In this document: in pieces, positions 50,900-64,000 of the stretch | Layout: each line of letters opens with the position of its first letter | Position numbering within the stretch: position 1 is the stretch's first letter | Assembly (NCBI GenBank): GCA_001643675.2 | Contig: LSRY02000013.1 | Location: 1,612,001-1,676,000 of the forward strand | DNA from: Monocercomonoides exilis PA203 | Taxonomy: Eukaryota > Protista > Preaxostyla | Direction of reading: 5' to 3' | Length of the DNA: 64,000 bases | The notes under the pieces: generated by a model | Databases searched by the model: none | What the model was told of the DNA's origin: nothing | Seen by the model: the letters and a program-made list of their open reading frames with translations, nothing else | Position numbers and translations under genes: made by a program

Positions 50900-53870
50900 C
50901 GTTTAAAATTTTTTCAGAAAAAACAGTATCTCCAATTCTCAGTTCCAACTGTCCAGCTGAATTGCTCCAATGAATGAATAAGAAATGTTTGTGGATCAAT
51001 AATCGATGATAACAACTGAATCAATCTCTTCTTTTCTCTCCTTATTCTTCCAATGAACAAATTTCTAACATCTTTCTCCATCCGCTGATTTTCTTCCTTT
51101 TGTTTCAGCTCTTCCTCATCTGAATCCCCCATTTGAAAATGGTGCACATGTTTTCTTCTTTAATCTCCAATATTTTCCTAGTAAATGTTTCATAACACTG
51201 CTCAATCGCTTCTCACACGAATAATGAACCTATTAAGCTTTTTCAGCGAATTCGCTTCGTTCATTTTCTTTGTTATCATTTCCTTTCTACCAGCTCCTTC
51301 TTCCTCTACCACACCTTCGTTTCCAGTCTCATCTTTCACAACCTCTGTATATTCCACCTCACTTCTCTCATTAACCCCCTTTCCCTCGACTCCTTTAACA
51401 AGTCCAGCTGTTCCATGAGCAGCGTCATCTTGGAACACAGAAATCAGCAAACTTCCGCAGGCGAACGCTTTCCTTTCGTAAATATCAGCCAGTTCAGTAT
51501 TATTGAAAAGGTGAATGAAGAACGAAGAAGAAGAATCAAAAGAAGCTGGAGAAGAAGAAGAGGAGGAGGAGGAAAAAGCATATTTTGCCATTAGATATGA
51601 TTGAAATATTGTTGGTTATTAATTTCACTGCAAATGATAAACAGATTGACTTGTGAAGATGCAGGAAGAATGGTAACCAGGAAGATCTTTCAATTATTGT
51701 GCAGAAAGAAACATCGTATTCCTCAATTTTCTCACAAAATGTGCGGATTTATCAGATTTTTGATATATCTTTAATCGTCTCTTTCGGAATATTCGCTTTG
51801 AATAAATGAACATCTAAATTATTCTCGAACTTTAATAGATGCTCTTCTTCCACTTCTTCTTCCTCTTCTTCTTCCACTTCGTCTGACTCTTCTTCTTCAT
51901 TCTTCATTCTTTTTCTTTTTTCAACTGAAGCAGTGTGCCAGTCGGCTTTGCCATTCAGTAGGAGAAGAAGCGAAGAGAAGAAGGCAGCAGGGGATGGTCA
52001 GTCATCTTCATCTTCATCTTTGTCATCAGCGCCTGAGATTGATCCTACCGATGCATCGGTCTTGGAAGCATCATACGCGTCGGCAGCAGTAATGGAAGAA
52101 ATAGAAAGGCGACTGAGGTGAATATGAGTCGCATGCCACTGTGTCTGCTGTCGCTGTTGCTGCTGTTGCGTGTATATGTTGTGGTAATACGCAATATGCT
52201 GAGTGATGTTGTTGTGTGTGCCTGATATGTGGTGCTTTCGGAGATGCTTTCTGTTTCGCTGATGGTGAAGATTTTTTCGATTGCAGTGTTGGTTAATACT
52301 GTTTGGGAGAAAGCAGATCTTTTCTCCAGTGGTTGTGAATGTGTTCTTGAAGGTTATAATCTGTTTGCCCCTTCGTTGCTTCTATCTACGATAGTGTTGA
52401 TGGAGTTTTTTATCACCGCAGTCGATACGTTTTATAACGAAGATAGACGATGAGATGATGGATCGAGGGATGGCAGCATGTAATGAGAGGAAGAAGCAAG
52501 GGAGAAGGCGATGTGGAAATGGGGGTTGATGATGGAGGAAGTGGTTTTGTAACCATCAGCGATTGAGCCAGCAGTTCTTGAGGAGCGAGAAGAGGCAGTA
52601 GGAGACAAGGAGGAGGAAGAAGAACTGAATGAAGATAATGATGAGGAAGTTGAAGAAGAAGAAGTGAATAAAGATGATAGTTGGTAAATGAAAATCCTGG
52701 AAAAGTTATTGGTGTTTCGATAATTTGCTTCTGAATACTTCTTAGATTTTTGATTTCAGGAAGAAATCAAAACAATTTGTGGTTTAAATTGTTATTGATT
52801 AATTCTTCGCCTCCGCTCCTTTCATCTTCTCTTTTGAGAAACATTCTTTCTGAGCCTTTCTTATGTCTCTGTCAAACACCTCTTCCTCCCTTCTCATCCT
52901 TCTCACCACCCACCCGAATCCCCTGGCTTGCCACATACGCTGCATAGTTCAGCACCATCTTCAGCTGATCAAGCACATCCCTCATTGATGACATGATGCT
53001 GCTTACAAACACGCCTTCATTGCCCAATCTTCTTTTCCCAAGAATCGCACATGTAATGGAAGTGAGAAGGAAGAAATAGAAGAACAAGGAGAGGAAGAGG
53101 CAGAGCTTGTGCTTGTCATGTCGAAGGACTTCTGTGCGAGAGAAGATGTGTCTGTAGCTGGAGATGAAGGCGTGAGATGCTTGGCGGAGTTCCAACAAGA
53201 ACAGAAGGGGCAGATAATTGTGTGTGATGCAAGGGAGAAAAAGGAGGAGTGGCAATTGCTGATGATGATGCAGCGTTTTGAGTGTGCAGCTGGGCAGATG
53301 AGAGTGCGCTGTCGAATAAGCAAAGCCACTGCCGCAGTTCATCATTGTCATCATCATCACCTCCACTCTTCTCTCCACCTTCTTTCTGCTGTGCCTGTGC
53401 AAGCCTTGTGTCGAACGCGTCAACTTGTTGTGGGAAAAACTTGTCTTTCTCCTTCTCCTCCGTCTTCGTCTTCGCCTTTGGCTCTTCCAATCGATACCCT
53501 TTCCTACGCTCGGCTCTCTATTTGCGTCTGAAATCCACATTCTTTGCCTCTTCAATTTTAACTAGTTCTCCTTTCTCTTCGCTTCTTGGCGGCGTCACAA
53601 AATGAGAGGATAAACGCAATGTGCCTGGCAGCGTTTTCCACCTTCCACTCCTATTCACCCCATTCGGTTCAGAACCAACGCGGAAGCCATTCGAAATGCT
53701 AAGGCAGAGCGAAATGCTTTATTGTTAAAGAGGAAAGAAGTTTTGATGAACATCCAGCGAAGCTGCAGAAGGCATCGAAAGCGATGATGTTGCTGTTGAG
53801 ATCAGGGAAATCGAATAAAATAATTTTTTATAGGTGAAAACTATCTGCTGATTGAACAGCTTATTGCATC
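50900..53870 (-). pseudogene. Decayed Ser-rich gene(s), including one hydrophobic segment; unidentified cargo
   Basis: Minus-strand ORFs 52872-53555, 51202-51591 and 50914-51147 are broken by stops. Confidence 0.35.
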
Positions 53871-53954
53871 TGAAGTTCGATGGAATGATCCAACACGATG
53901 TGAGAAAAAATAACTAAAAAAATATAAATGAAAAAGCTAAAGAAATAAAAGAAG

Positions 53955-55223
53955 GCGAAGAATGCGAAGAAGACGAAGAAGGCGAAGAAGACGAAGAAGA
54001 CGAAGAAGGCGAAGAAGACGAAGAAGACGAAGAAGACGAAGAAGACGAAGAAGACGAAGAAGACGAAGAAGACGAAGAAGACGAAGAAGACGAAGAAGAC
54101 GAAGAAGACGAAGAAGACGAAGAAGACGAAGAAGACGAAGAAGACGAAGAAGACGAAGAAGACGAAGAAGACGAAGAAGACGAAGAAGACGAAGAAGACG
54201 AAGAAGACGAAGAAGACGAAGAAGACGAAGAAGACGAAGAAGACGAAGAAGACGAAGAAGACGAAGAAGACGAAGAAGACGAAGAAGACGAAGAAGACGA
54301 AGAAGACGAAGAAGACGAAGAAGACGAAGAAGACGAAGAAGACGAAGAAGACGAAGAAGACGAAGAAGACGAAGAAGACGAAGAAGACGAAGAAGACGAA
54401 GAAGACGAAGAAGACGAAGAAGACGAAGAAGACGAAGAAGACGAAGAAGACGAAGAAGACGAAGAAGACGAAGAAGACGAAGAAGACGAAGAAGACGAAG
54501 AAGACGAAGAAGACGAAGAAGACGAAGAAGACGAAGAAGACGAAGAAGACGAAGAAGACGAAGAAGACGAAGAAGACGAAGAAGACGAAGAAGACGAAGA
54601 AGACGAAGAAGACGAAGAAGACGAAGAAGACGAAGAAGACGAAGAAGACGAAGAAGACGAAGAAGACGAAGAAGACGAAGAAGACGAAGAAGACGAAGAA
54701 GACGAAGAAGACGAAGAAGACGAAGAAGACGAAGAAGACGAAGAAGACGAAGAAGACGAAGAAGACGAAGAAGACGAAGAAGACGAAGAAGACGAAGAAG
54801 ACGAAGAAGACGAAGAAGACGAAGAAGACGAAGAAGACGAAGAAGACGAAGAAGACGAAGAAGACGAAGAAGACGAAGAAGACGAAGAAGACGAAGAAGA
54901 CGAAGAAGACGAAGAAGACGAAGAAGACGAAGAAGACGAAGAAGACGAAGAAGACGAAGAAGACGAAGAAGACGAAGAAGACGAAGAAGACGAAGAAGAC
55001 GAAGAAGACGAAGAAGACGAAGAAGACGAAGAAGACGAAGAAGACGAAGAAGACGAAGAAGACGAAGAAGACGAAGAAGACGAAGAAGACGAAGAAGACG
55101 AAGAAGACGAAGAAGACGAAGAAGACGAAGAAGACGAAGAAGACGAAGAAGACGAAGAAGACGAAGAAGACGAAGAAGACGAAGAAGACGAAGAAGACGA
55201 AGAAGACGAAGAAGACGAAGAAG
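53955..55223. repeat. (GAAGAAGAC)n 9-bp tandem array, about 1.27 kb, roughly 140 units
   Basis: Essentially perfect from about 54011 to 55223, with GAAGAAGGC variants at the left edge. Confidence 0.97.
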
Positions 55224-55971
55224 ATAAAGAAAGAGAGCAGAAAGAGAAATGTGAAATCAGTCGAACGATATTTACGATGTTGAGAATAATTTGCGTGATG
55301 TTGTTGATTGGCCAAAATGTTTCATTTAATGCATTCACTTCAGATTGGTTTGAAAAACTCAATCACAATATTTGTGACGAACAGATTTTTGAAAATCAAT
55401 CTTGCTGTATTTCTTCAAAGTCAATTCCCTTTCTTTTTGCGATTTCCTCTCCATTCCTCTCAAAAATAGAAAATATTAATATTTCTTAATTTCCATTCCT
55501 TTCCATTTTCCTCTTCCATTCAGCTCACAAAATCATCAGAAAATATCAATCCCCTCCTTTTCTTCATCTTTCACAGTCTCTTCCATAAAATCTTTTCTTC
55601 TAAAAAAACACCCTTTTCCATTTGAACATTTCAGAATATTCTTCTTCTGTCCCGCTTTTGCCCTCTTTTCCTTCTCTTCCAAATTCCATTTCTCCAATTT
55701 GTCTCAAATATCTTCCTCACCATCCTCAGCCACTTCTCTTCATATTTACTATATTACCTTCTCAAAAATACTCAACTCCTTCCCTCTGCAACAAATAATC
55801 CTCTTCTATCCCTTCTCCACCCCATATGCCTCATGTGTCTGGTATTGACGAGATAAGCATCAAATATTGATTTGCACGTTTATTATTATTATTATAGGAT
55901 GAGATCATGAAGATAGAGAAAAAATGAACCGTTCGCAAACAATATTTTTATACTTTTATTCATCTGTATGA

Positions 55972-56017
55972 TAAGCCTTTCTGACCTGACAAATCGCTTT
56001 TAACCTCGTCCGTCACT

Positions 56018-56081
<64 letters not shown>

Positions 56082-59000
56082 TACGATAGATTTTATAAAG
56101 TGAGAGAGTTTTGGTTGCAATTTTATTTGTGATATTTCAAAGCTTAGATGCAAAAAATTTTCGATCAAAACGTGCCAAAATAAATTATTAAAGATTTTCA
56201 ATAATTACTCAATAATTTATCCAAAAGCAATAATTTATTTTGTTATGTTGATTATTTCAGTTGACATTTCTTTCTGTGCTTTCGCCCACCAATTCTCAAA
56301 ATAAATTCACTAGTTCAAAACACTCAAAAAGAAATACATTCTTCCATTCGTTCTACCATCTTGAAAAACTATCTTGTGGAAAATTTACTGCTTGTGTGTA
56401 ATCAAAATTATCGAATGGTATTCATTTTTGTTAAATCGGAGAATATTTATCCACATCCTTCCGCATATGAAAAATTAAATTTTTTCTTTATTTTTTTATT
56501 TATTACATAAAATGATGAATCTTAAAAGGTGTTTATTCATGCAATAACTTACAAATATCAATAAACCGTTTATCTTTTCAAAATAGTTGGTTTATCATTT
56601 TATTATAACTTAATTATTAAATGATTACTATTGTTTTTTTATATTCAACAGCTTTCACCAAAATGAGCTATTCTCTTAGCTGAATCAATTTCATTTCGAA
56701 ATTGTTAACTCTGATTAAAATAGTTATTGTGAAATATTGGCTTATTCTGAATTACATGTTGACGCGATTGATCATACACTTCTTCTGGAATGAATAATCA
56801 ATAAAGGTTTGAAATTATTTATTTTTTACAAAATTCAATTTTAAAAACATAAATTTTCTTATTTTCAAAAATCTTGTGGGAAAGTTGTATCAAGAAGATT
56901 ATTATGAAAAAAACCAACCTATTTTTAAAAGATTCCTTCATTATTGAATCAAATCAAAATATACAGCGACAATTGAGCATAAAGCTAAATCATTTAAAAT
57001 GAAATCAATCAGACCTTTCGAAAAAAACAATCAACAAGCAAACAAGAAAGATGAGAGTAAAATTTGAAACAGACATTGATGAAATATGTTTCCATTAAAA
57101 TAATGGATATATCCATTTTTTATTAAAAAAGAAACAACGAATGAATGAACAGAGAGGTTGTATTCAATATTATTTGTTCTTTTTCACATTCTAAATCACC
57201 GGCAGAATTTATTTCAAATGAAAATTCGATGAAAAGCCAGAAGAACAAAAAATAAAGACAAACATAAAAAGAAAAAGAAAGAAAGAAATGAAGGAACTGA
57301 AAGAAATGAAGAGTCATCTGAATTCGAAGCAGAACACATTCAGCAGCGAAGGATCAATGGAACGAAAACAGGTATTTTCTTTGCACAGCATTATAAACAG
57401 AAAGGATAGAAGTGTTACAAATATGTCTGAATGTGAATCATTTACTCGCATATACGAATATTTCAGGAAATAGATACAATGAAGTGTTAATGGATATTCG
57501 ATTGCTCTGTGGAAGAAAGTGAGAATATTAATTTCTTAAAGTATTTAATATGTTCTTTAATCAAAAACAATTATTGTTCCATTTTATTCACCATTATTTT
57601 TTTCTTTTTTTTTTTGTGCCTCTTTTTTTCAACAAACTGTTGTTGTCAAAATTTCCCCCCTACTTTTCCTTCCATCTGAATGGAAAGTTGAAAGTTGGGA
57701 GCCTAATAAATATTGAAGCAGCGATGGAAGAATCAGTGGAAGAAAGAACAATTCAATTGATGGAAAGTGAATAGGCAGACCTGTGCAATGAAGATAATGA
57801 CTGAAGGAATAGAAGTGGCATTTGAGGAAGAAATACTGGCAGCTGTCGAAAGCATAACTCAGAGTCGATTGAGTCAACACAATATTTAAAATCCACCAAT
57901 TCTTTGAATTGTTCAAAGCTCACTTCTTCATTCGGTTCAATTTGATATGTTAGCTCAACAACGTTCAACTCAACACAATACCCTTCCAGTTGTTCATTTT
58001 ATCGTTCTCATTCTCATTCTCCTCTGCTTTCCTTTTTGGATTCGATGAAAATGTCACTCCCGGATTTTTATATCACTTCTTCTTCTTCTTCTTTTCATCA
58101 AAGCCATCCTTCTGTTTATTTTTATGTCATCAGGAAAATTTAACTTTCACCCAGTCAACAATTATTTCACTCCAGAATGCATCACACCTTGCACTCCTTG
58201 TTTATCCTCTTTACACTCAACCTCTTCCTCTAACTCTTCAATTTATCCTTTCTTCTTTTATTCCATCTCATCATTTCTCTCCTCTCTCCATTATTCCTCA
58301 ATAATGGACAAACAGTTCGTTGACTTTCACAGATGTCTTGAATTCTTAAGCTTAAGAACAACACTTTCACCTAAAGTCATGAAGTCAAACACTTCTTCCG
58401 TTTCTGCTGATGCCACATTATTATCTTCTTTCTTTTGCCCCTGTTAAATACCTTTGCCTGGACATATACTGAGGAATCTTATTTCGGTGGATGGTGATTT
58501 ATTTTGTGATTTTATCACCTCGGCCTCCGCCTTTACAAGTCTCAGCCTTCCTATTTCAAGAGCCTCCAAAACCAGAAATGCTGTCGCTTCTTTTTGCTTT
58601 CTCTGTTTCTCTTTGATTCTTTCCACAAACTCCCTGTGCTCTCAGTGATAACTTCCTTTCATACCATTTCATCCTTCTTCATCATTCTCTTCTCATCTTC
58701 CTTCACCTTCAATTCAATCTCTGCGAGCAACAGAACCACATCCTCCATCTTAAGTACCGCATTATGAAGTGCTTTCTCAGCAATCTCGTTCAAAAGCAAA
58801 CTTCAACACATTCGCATTAGCACATAGTTTTTTGTTATTTAAAATCAAACATTTTCGTTTTCCGACTTTGGGACTTGCATTCATTATTAAGTGAAAATAA
58901 ACAATCAGCCGGCTTTCCAAAAAGAACAAGCGTTGTTGATAAATTCGAAATAATACTCCTCATGTTTTATTTGCATTGTATTCTCTCAACTATCTGAATT

Positions 59001-60194
59001 ATTTTTACCTAATTTTTTCAAATATTATATGGCAAAAAGTTCAGAATAGTTTTCAATTATTCAGAATTCTTTTTTTCATTACTATGAAATGAAATATGAA
59101 ATAACTCTATCATTTGGAGAGAGTGAAAAATAGAAAACAATGATTTTTTAATGCAAAAAAGAGTGAACAATAATAGTTATTCTTCAAAAATGCAACTATC
59201 AAAGCGATTCAAAAGAAAGCGAATGTCGTTGATCACCTGCAATGAGTTATTGTCTGGGAAAAGGTTGTTCACATTCATATTCACTGTTAGGTACTGTAAC
59301 AAGGTGATAGAAACAATTAGCGCAAATAGCTTCCATTTAATCCAAAATGCCATATGAACATTGTAAATTGTTTAACTCTCCAGGAAACAAATCGGCATTG
59401 TCGTAGGTGCATGAGTTTTGAATAATGATACAAATTTTACTTTTATTCCTTCACTGAACTATGCAAATGAAATATTGATGAATATATAAAATAATTCGAA
59501 TATTCTCGTATTCCAATTTGATGTTATTGATAAGTCCACTTGATCTGCAGCATAATCCTCTTTCTCGTTTGAAATTTCCTGAATGATCTGTAGCTTTTCA
59601 TTTGTTCCCGTGAAAATTACATAATCTTCATTTTCAACGGAATCATCCTTGTTTAAATAGTCAATTGAGTGATTATCCTGAACGCTTCAGAGTATTCACT
59701 GAGAAGAAGATGAAGATCCGATTTCAACAAAGTTAACAGCTTTCTTATTTCGTGTTTCTTCTTATTCGTCATATTCTGATTGCTCTTCTGCAACAGAAAG
59801 TCCGAAACTCATAGAATGAATATTTTTTCTGAATTCGAAGCTAATAATTGATTATTTCTGAAACAATTAATTGCAAATAAAATAAAATACAAAAATTCAG
59901 CTCATTTGTGAACAATGAACGATCATTTACAACAAATGTTTCAAAGAAAATGAATTCAAAAATAAATTCAATAATATTTCCGCAACTGACACTTTGTGAC
60001 AAATTTGATCAAAAATTTGTCAAAAATAAAAAAAATACTAAGATTTCTTTTATGGAATTCATATAACATTCTATAAAAATTTTTAAAAATGAACAGGGAA
60101 TATATTTAAAAAATATGGGAAATGACACGTCAAAATGACTCGTCCGTCAGTTTGTCACTAACACAAAAAAAACTTGTCAAGTCAGACAGGCTTA
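55972..60194 (-). mobile_element. 4.2-kb hAT element with 8-bp TSD CTGTATGA
   Basis: TIRs TAAGCCTTTCTGACCTGACAA / TTGTCAAGTCAGACAGGCTTA (19 of 21 match). TSD at 55964-55971 and 60195-60202, subterminal CTCGTCCGTCA motif at both ends, and a hAT dimerisation remnant inside. Confidence 0.9.
59190..59360 (-). pseudogene. Remnant of a hAT transposase C-terminal dimerisation domain
   Basis: AFWIKWKLFA / frameshift / HLVTVPNSEYECEQPFPRQ*LIAGDQRHSLSFESL, resembling W..FA..LL.iPaSea.cER.FS....R..L..e.l. Confidence 0.65.
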
Positions 60195-60701
60195 CTGTAT
60201 GAGACACATTTCATACGTGATTAATTTTAATCATTAAAAAAACAAACAAATATTCTATTGTGATATCAGCTATTGACATATAATTATCTTTGGTTGAAAA
60301 ACATGATGAATCAGAAAACCATTATAAAAACTGTTGAAAAACTCAAAAGAAATATTCAATTTCTATTTGATTCAATTAATTGTAATTGTTGAAAATCACA
60401 TGCATTGATGTGAAATATTATATTCTTCATCGTCAGACTAATGTCAAACTGACATTTTTCTCTATTTACGAGTATTCCAATGGCTTTTGAAAAGTTGGAA
60501 ATTTGGGTAACCTGGAAAATTCCACATCACCACAAAACATCACATCCTCCATCAACAAGGCGTTCAAGGATTTTTTGAACAACATGTATGTTATCATCAC
60601 TCCGTGCGTCACTGATGTGTGTGGGAATTATTTTGCTAAAACGTACAAATTACAACGAATAGTACTCTAGATTCGGGTCGCAGGTCCCTTAACCTAACCT
60701 A

Positions 60702-61853
60702 CATTTGGAGCAAAGAACTACAATTCCAAATCAATATCAGGATGAAGAAGATTCAGTTCCTCGAAGGATTAAAGATTTAGCATTAAAAATATTTACAGAC
60801 CCATCAATTGCATTTTTTCGACTGACGGGATTTGCTCGTTCAGAATTCTACATTCTTTTGTGTCTTCTTTCCGATTATTCACACCCACAACGAGGAAGAA
60901 AAAAAGCAATTAATTCTCTTGAAGAACAGCTCTTTTTCCTTCTCGACTTTCTTTATCATGGATCTTGCACATTAACTCATTTTCTTGCAAAGCCAAGACA
61001 TTCATCTCAAACGTTAACAGTTCATCTTCTTCATTCTTTTGTTGAAAAATTGAAAAATCAACTTTCATAATTGTTCATTTCATTCAGACCAGAAAGTAAA
61101 AAAGGACATGAAAATGTAGGAGTTGTTGTTGATTGAACGGTAATTCCAATTAATCGCCCAGGAGGAAAATTGGAATATTGAAAAAAATATTTCAATGGAA
61201 AGCATCATATGTTTTGTGTAAAATCGGAGGTGGGTGTCAATCCCAGATTGGGAACTGTCAGCACTGTAAGTTCTGTGTACACATGTTCAACTCATAACTT
61301 CACCATATTTAAGGATCATTATCCAACTTTCCAATCTCAACTTGGAGGGGCAAAAATTCTGGCAGATTCAGCACACATCGGTGCAAAGCCCGAACTAGAA
61401 GCAATTATTACAAAACATGTTTGTACTCCAGAGTTGGCTTCTCATAGAGTTATTGTTGAAAGATTTTTTGGAAGGTAAAAAACTTTGTTCACAATTATTC
61501 GTCGTCCGTTTGTTTTTGATGAATCAAAAGTTTCTGAACATTTTTTGATTGCCTGTTATCTAACAAATTTTCATATTCTACATAATCCACTGACATTAAG
61601 AGATTCTGAAGTAGATACTTGAATTTTGAATGATATTATAAGGGAAAATGCTGAAAAGAAAGAAGCAAAAAGAAGGGCGAATGAAAGATTCATGACCAAA
61701 TTGAAGAATAGACTCAATCCTGGAACTTCCATGGAACCCAACATTTCTATTAATATCGAGGAAATAAGAGGCTTATTTTTCGTTATTTTACCATTATTGA
61801 GTTTTTCATTTTGGAAATTATTTTTTCAATTTTCATTTAACCATGATAATTGA
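60702..61853 (+). pseudogene. ISL2EU/IS5-like (HTH_Tnp_4 plus DDE_Tnp_4) transposase pseudogene, 5'-truncated
   Basis: Single reading frame: FRLTGF, SLEEQLFFLL, VVVD*TVIPINRP, YFNGKHH..CVK, LADSAHIG, LASHRVIVERFFGR*K, ACYLTNFH. Five in-frame stops and no frameshift. Confidence 0.88.
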
Positions 61854-64000
61854 TTATAGATGATTCTGTTAAAAATCAATAAGATTAACAGAGGCAGCTT
61901 GCGAAAGAAAGAAGAATATATAAATTTCAGAAAGTGACAAGTGAAAGAAACGAGAGAAGAGCTGAAATTTTGAATAAGGAAAGACAAAAAGAAGATAACG
62001 AACAACAAAAAACAGATAATTTTCACTCTTGGTGTCTACTGATGCAATGGGACTCTGTTAGTCTCTCTTCAGACGATTTAATTAATATTTGATTATCGCA
62101 ATCGATATCTTCATCGATTTCTTCTGTTTCATCATCATCATCATCATCATCATCAAACTCAACTTATCCTTCAATATCATTTTCATCATCGTCTGCAAAT
62201 TTTGAAACAATTCAATCTTCTGATTTTTCGATTTTGGCAGATTCTTCAAAATCAGATTCTTCTCAATCAACATCAATATTATCATCTTCAAAGTCAATTC
62301 CTTCATTGAATCCACCATCTTCGAATCAATCACCGTTTAAATCTCAAATGAGCTCCGAGAACGAAAGAAACATTTCTTTGGGTTCTTTAGCTTCATTTGT
62401 AACTCCGTCTCAAGAGAGAATTCAATTTCCTGTTTTTAATTCGCAATAAAATACGTTGAATGTTGTTCTCAGTGCTTTTTTTTATCTTCGTCTCATTCAT
62501 TCGTTTTTAATGACATGTTTCAAATTATTTATAAATAATAATCATTCGTTATTAACAGCTTTCTTTTCTAGAAAAAAATTCTGAAGTTTCTAAAAATAAA
62601 GAATAAAAATCTTTTTAGTCCATATTGCAGTTTTGATGTTTATTCGAAGTGACATTCAAAAAAACGAAAGTTGAAAAAATTGAAACAAGATAAAAATGGG
62701 AATGAATTGTTGTTTTAAATAGTTTTGACAATCAGCTGCGTTCTCAAAAAATAGTTTTTGTTTAACTGATTCTATCAGAATCAGATACAGTTATTAAATC
62801 TGATAGAAAGCAAAAAGAACGAAAAAAACATAAATAATTCGTTTGAAGAATGTCAAAATACCTCAAAATGCAAATTTCAAACGATAAAAAACAAACAAAA
62901 TTATGTCGATCGTAAGTGGTATATAACGAATTTTAAAAATGATCAAGATTCTGGTTGAGTTTAATCATATTTGATACAATCAAATCAAATAATTTCTTTC
63001 AAATTCACAATCACTTATTCTTTGCAAATATCATAGATAGATGCGAAAAAGGTCTTTTTTTGTTTTGACACCAAAATTTCTGAATTATCATTTCAAAAAA
63101 TGAAAAAATGAAATAAAAGATTTCTTTGTTTTTGTCCAAACTTATTATTAATTTGGAACAAATTTTTTCTTTTGAATTTTGTTCCATGCAATAATGTTAG
63201 ATATGGGACGAAATATTTTGCTTTCAAAAATTTTTTCCATTCTTCACATTCAATAACATTTCTCAATTTTTTAAATTTTCTGTATTTTTTTGCATGGGAA
63301 TGCAAGACCTATTGTGATGAAATTATTGAAAAAGTTTGGATCAATTCGTTGTTTATTTCAGAAAAGCTAGAATTTACTCCACTTTTAATGAAAAAACTTT
63401 ATCAAAAAATGTTGAAGAAATAAAAATTGAAAAATAAGACATTTTAATAATTATAAATAGAAATAACTGAAATCACTCGGCCATTCCCAATGAATATTAT
63501 CACATGAAACTTTAAATGAGCCTTAAAGAATCACTAGCCATCCAATTAAGAGTGATAATTCAATTGAGATATACGATTATTTGCAAAATGTTCTCGTATA
63601 CCTTGAAAAAAAAAATTAAATAAAACAAAACCTGAAAAAAAAGTTGTAAAACAATGTTTAAAAAAAAACAATAAACTGGCTTAAAAAAATCTGAAATTGT
63701 CAAAATAAAGATTCTTGAAGCTATTTGCACAAAAGTGTGCGCTCCAACATCTGCACACGCAACAATTACACAAAAGCTGACATACACATATTCCTAAAAT
63801 GCAAAATGCTTAAAATATATAGGAATAATATTCAATAAAACAAGATTATAGTTTTAAATTTTCAAAAAATTGTGTGTTTTGAGTTTACTAGTTTAACTCA
63901 ATATCTTTTGACCTATCTTTCCTTTTTAATTTTTTCTCCTTCTGCTTTTTCTTTTGGCAACAGCACTTATGATGGCAGCAGCAACAACAGCAAATGACAA

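Noticed and set aside
53955-55223. CRISPR array or telomeric repeat
   Set aside because: There are no spacers, the unit is not telomere-like, and the context is eukaryotic.
53861-55362. ORFs of 421-484 aa (poly-Arg, poly-Ser, FFV repeat) as real proteins
   Set aside because: They are by-products of a stop-free 9-bp tandem repeat.
60676-60701. GGGTCGCAGGTCCC|TTAA as a Kolobok/piggyBac-type end, and AACCTAACCT as a telomere seed
   Set aside because: No partner TIR was found in the window and only two repeat units are present.

Overview
AT-rich eukaryotic protist DNA. The composition (poly-Ser/poly-Glu tracts, GTTTG intron donors, Gly/Cys-rich surface-protein and helical-repeat multigene remnants) suggests the oxymonad Monocercomonoides; this assignment is inference. 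The window is almost entirely a nested stack of cut-and-paste DNA transposons, delimited by terminal inverted repeats (TIRs) and target-site duplications (TSDs) read directly from the sequence. These are a hAT-like element (8415-11669), a Merlin/IS1595-type element (13522-24938), GGG...CCC elements with ATAT flanks (20117-24707 and 25508-46655, plus orphan ends at 8376 and 50013), a pogo/Tc1-like element (25070-49417), a hAT element (55972-60194) and ISL2EU/IS5-like transposase remnants. Most carry decayed host-gene fragments (myotubularin, surface proteins, helical-repeat genes), like Pack-type elements. The only clearly intact long gene (32356-36152, 3 exons, about 1215 aa) is the standout. 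It is a Sola2-like DDD transposase with a complete, catalytically intact ubiquitin-specific protease (USP/C19) domain inserted inside it, flanked by its own structured inverted repeats and nested three levels deep.
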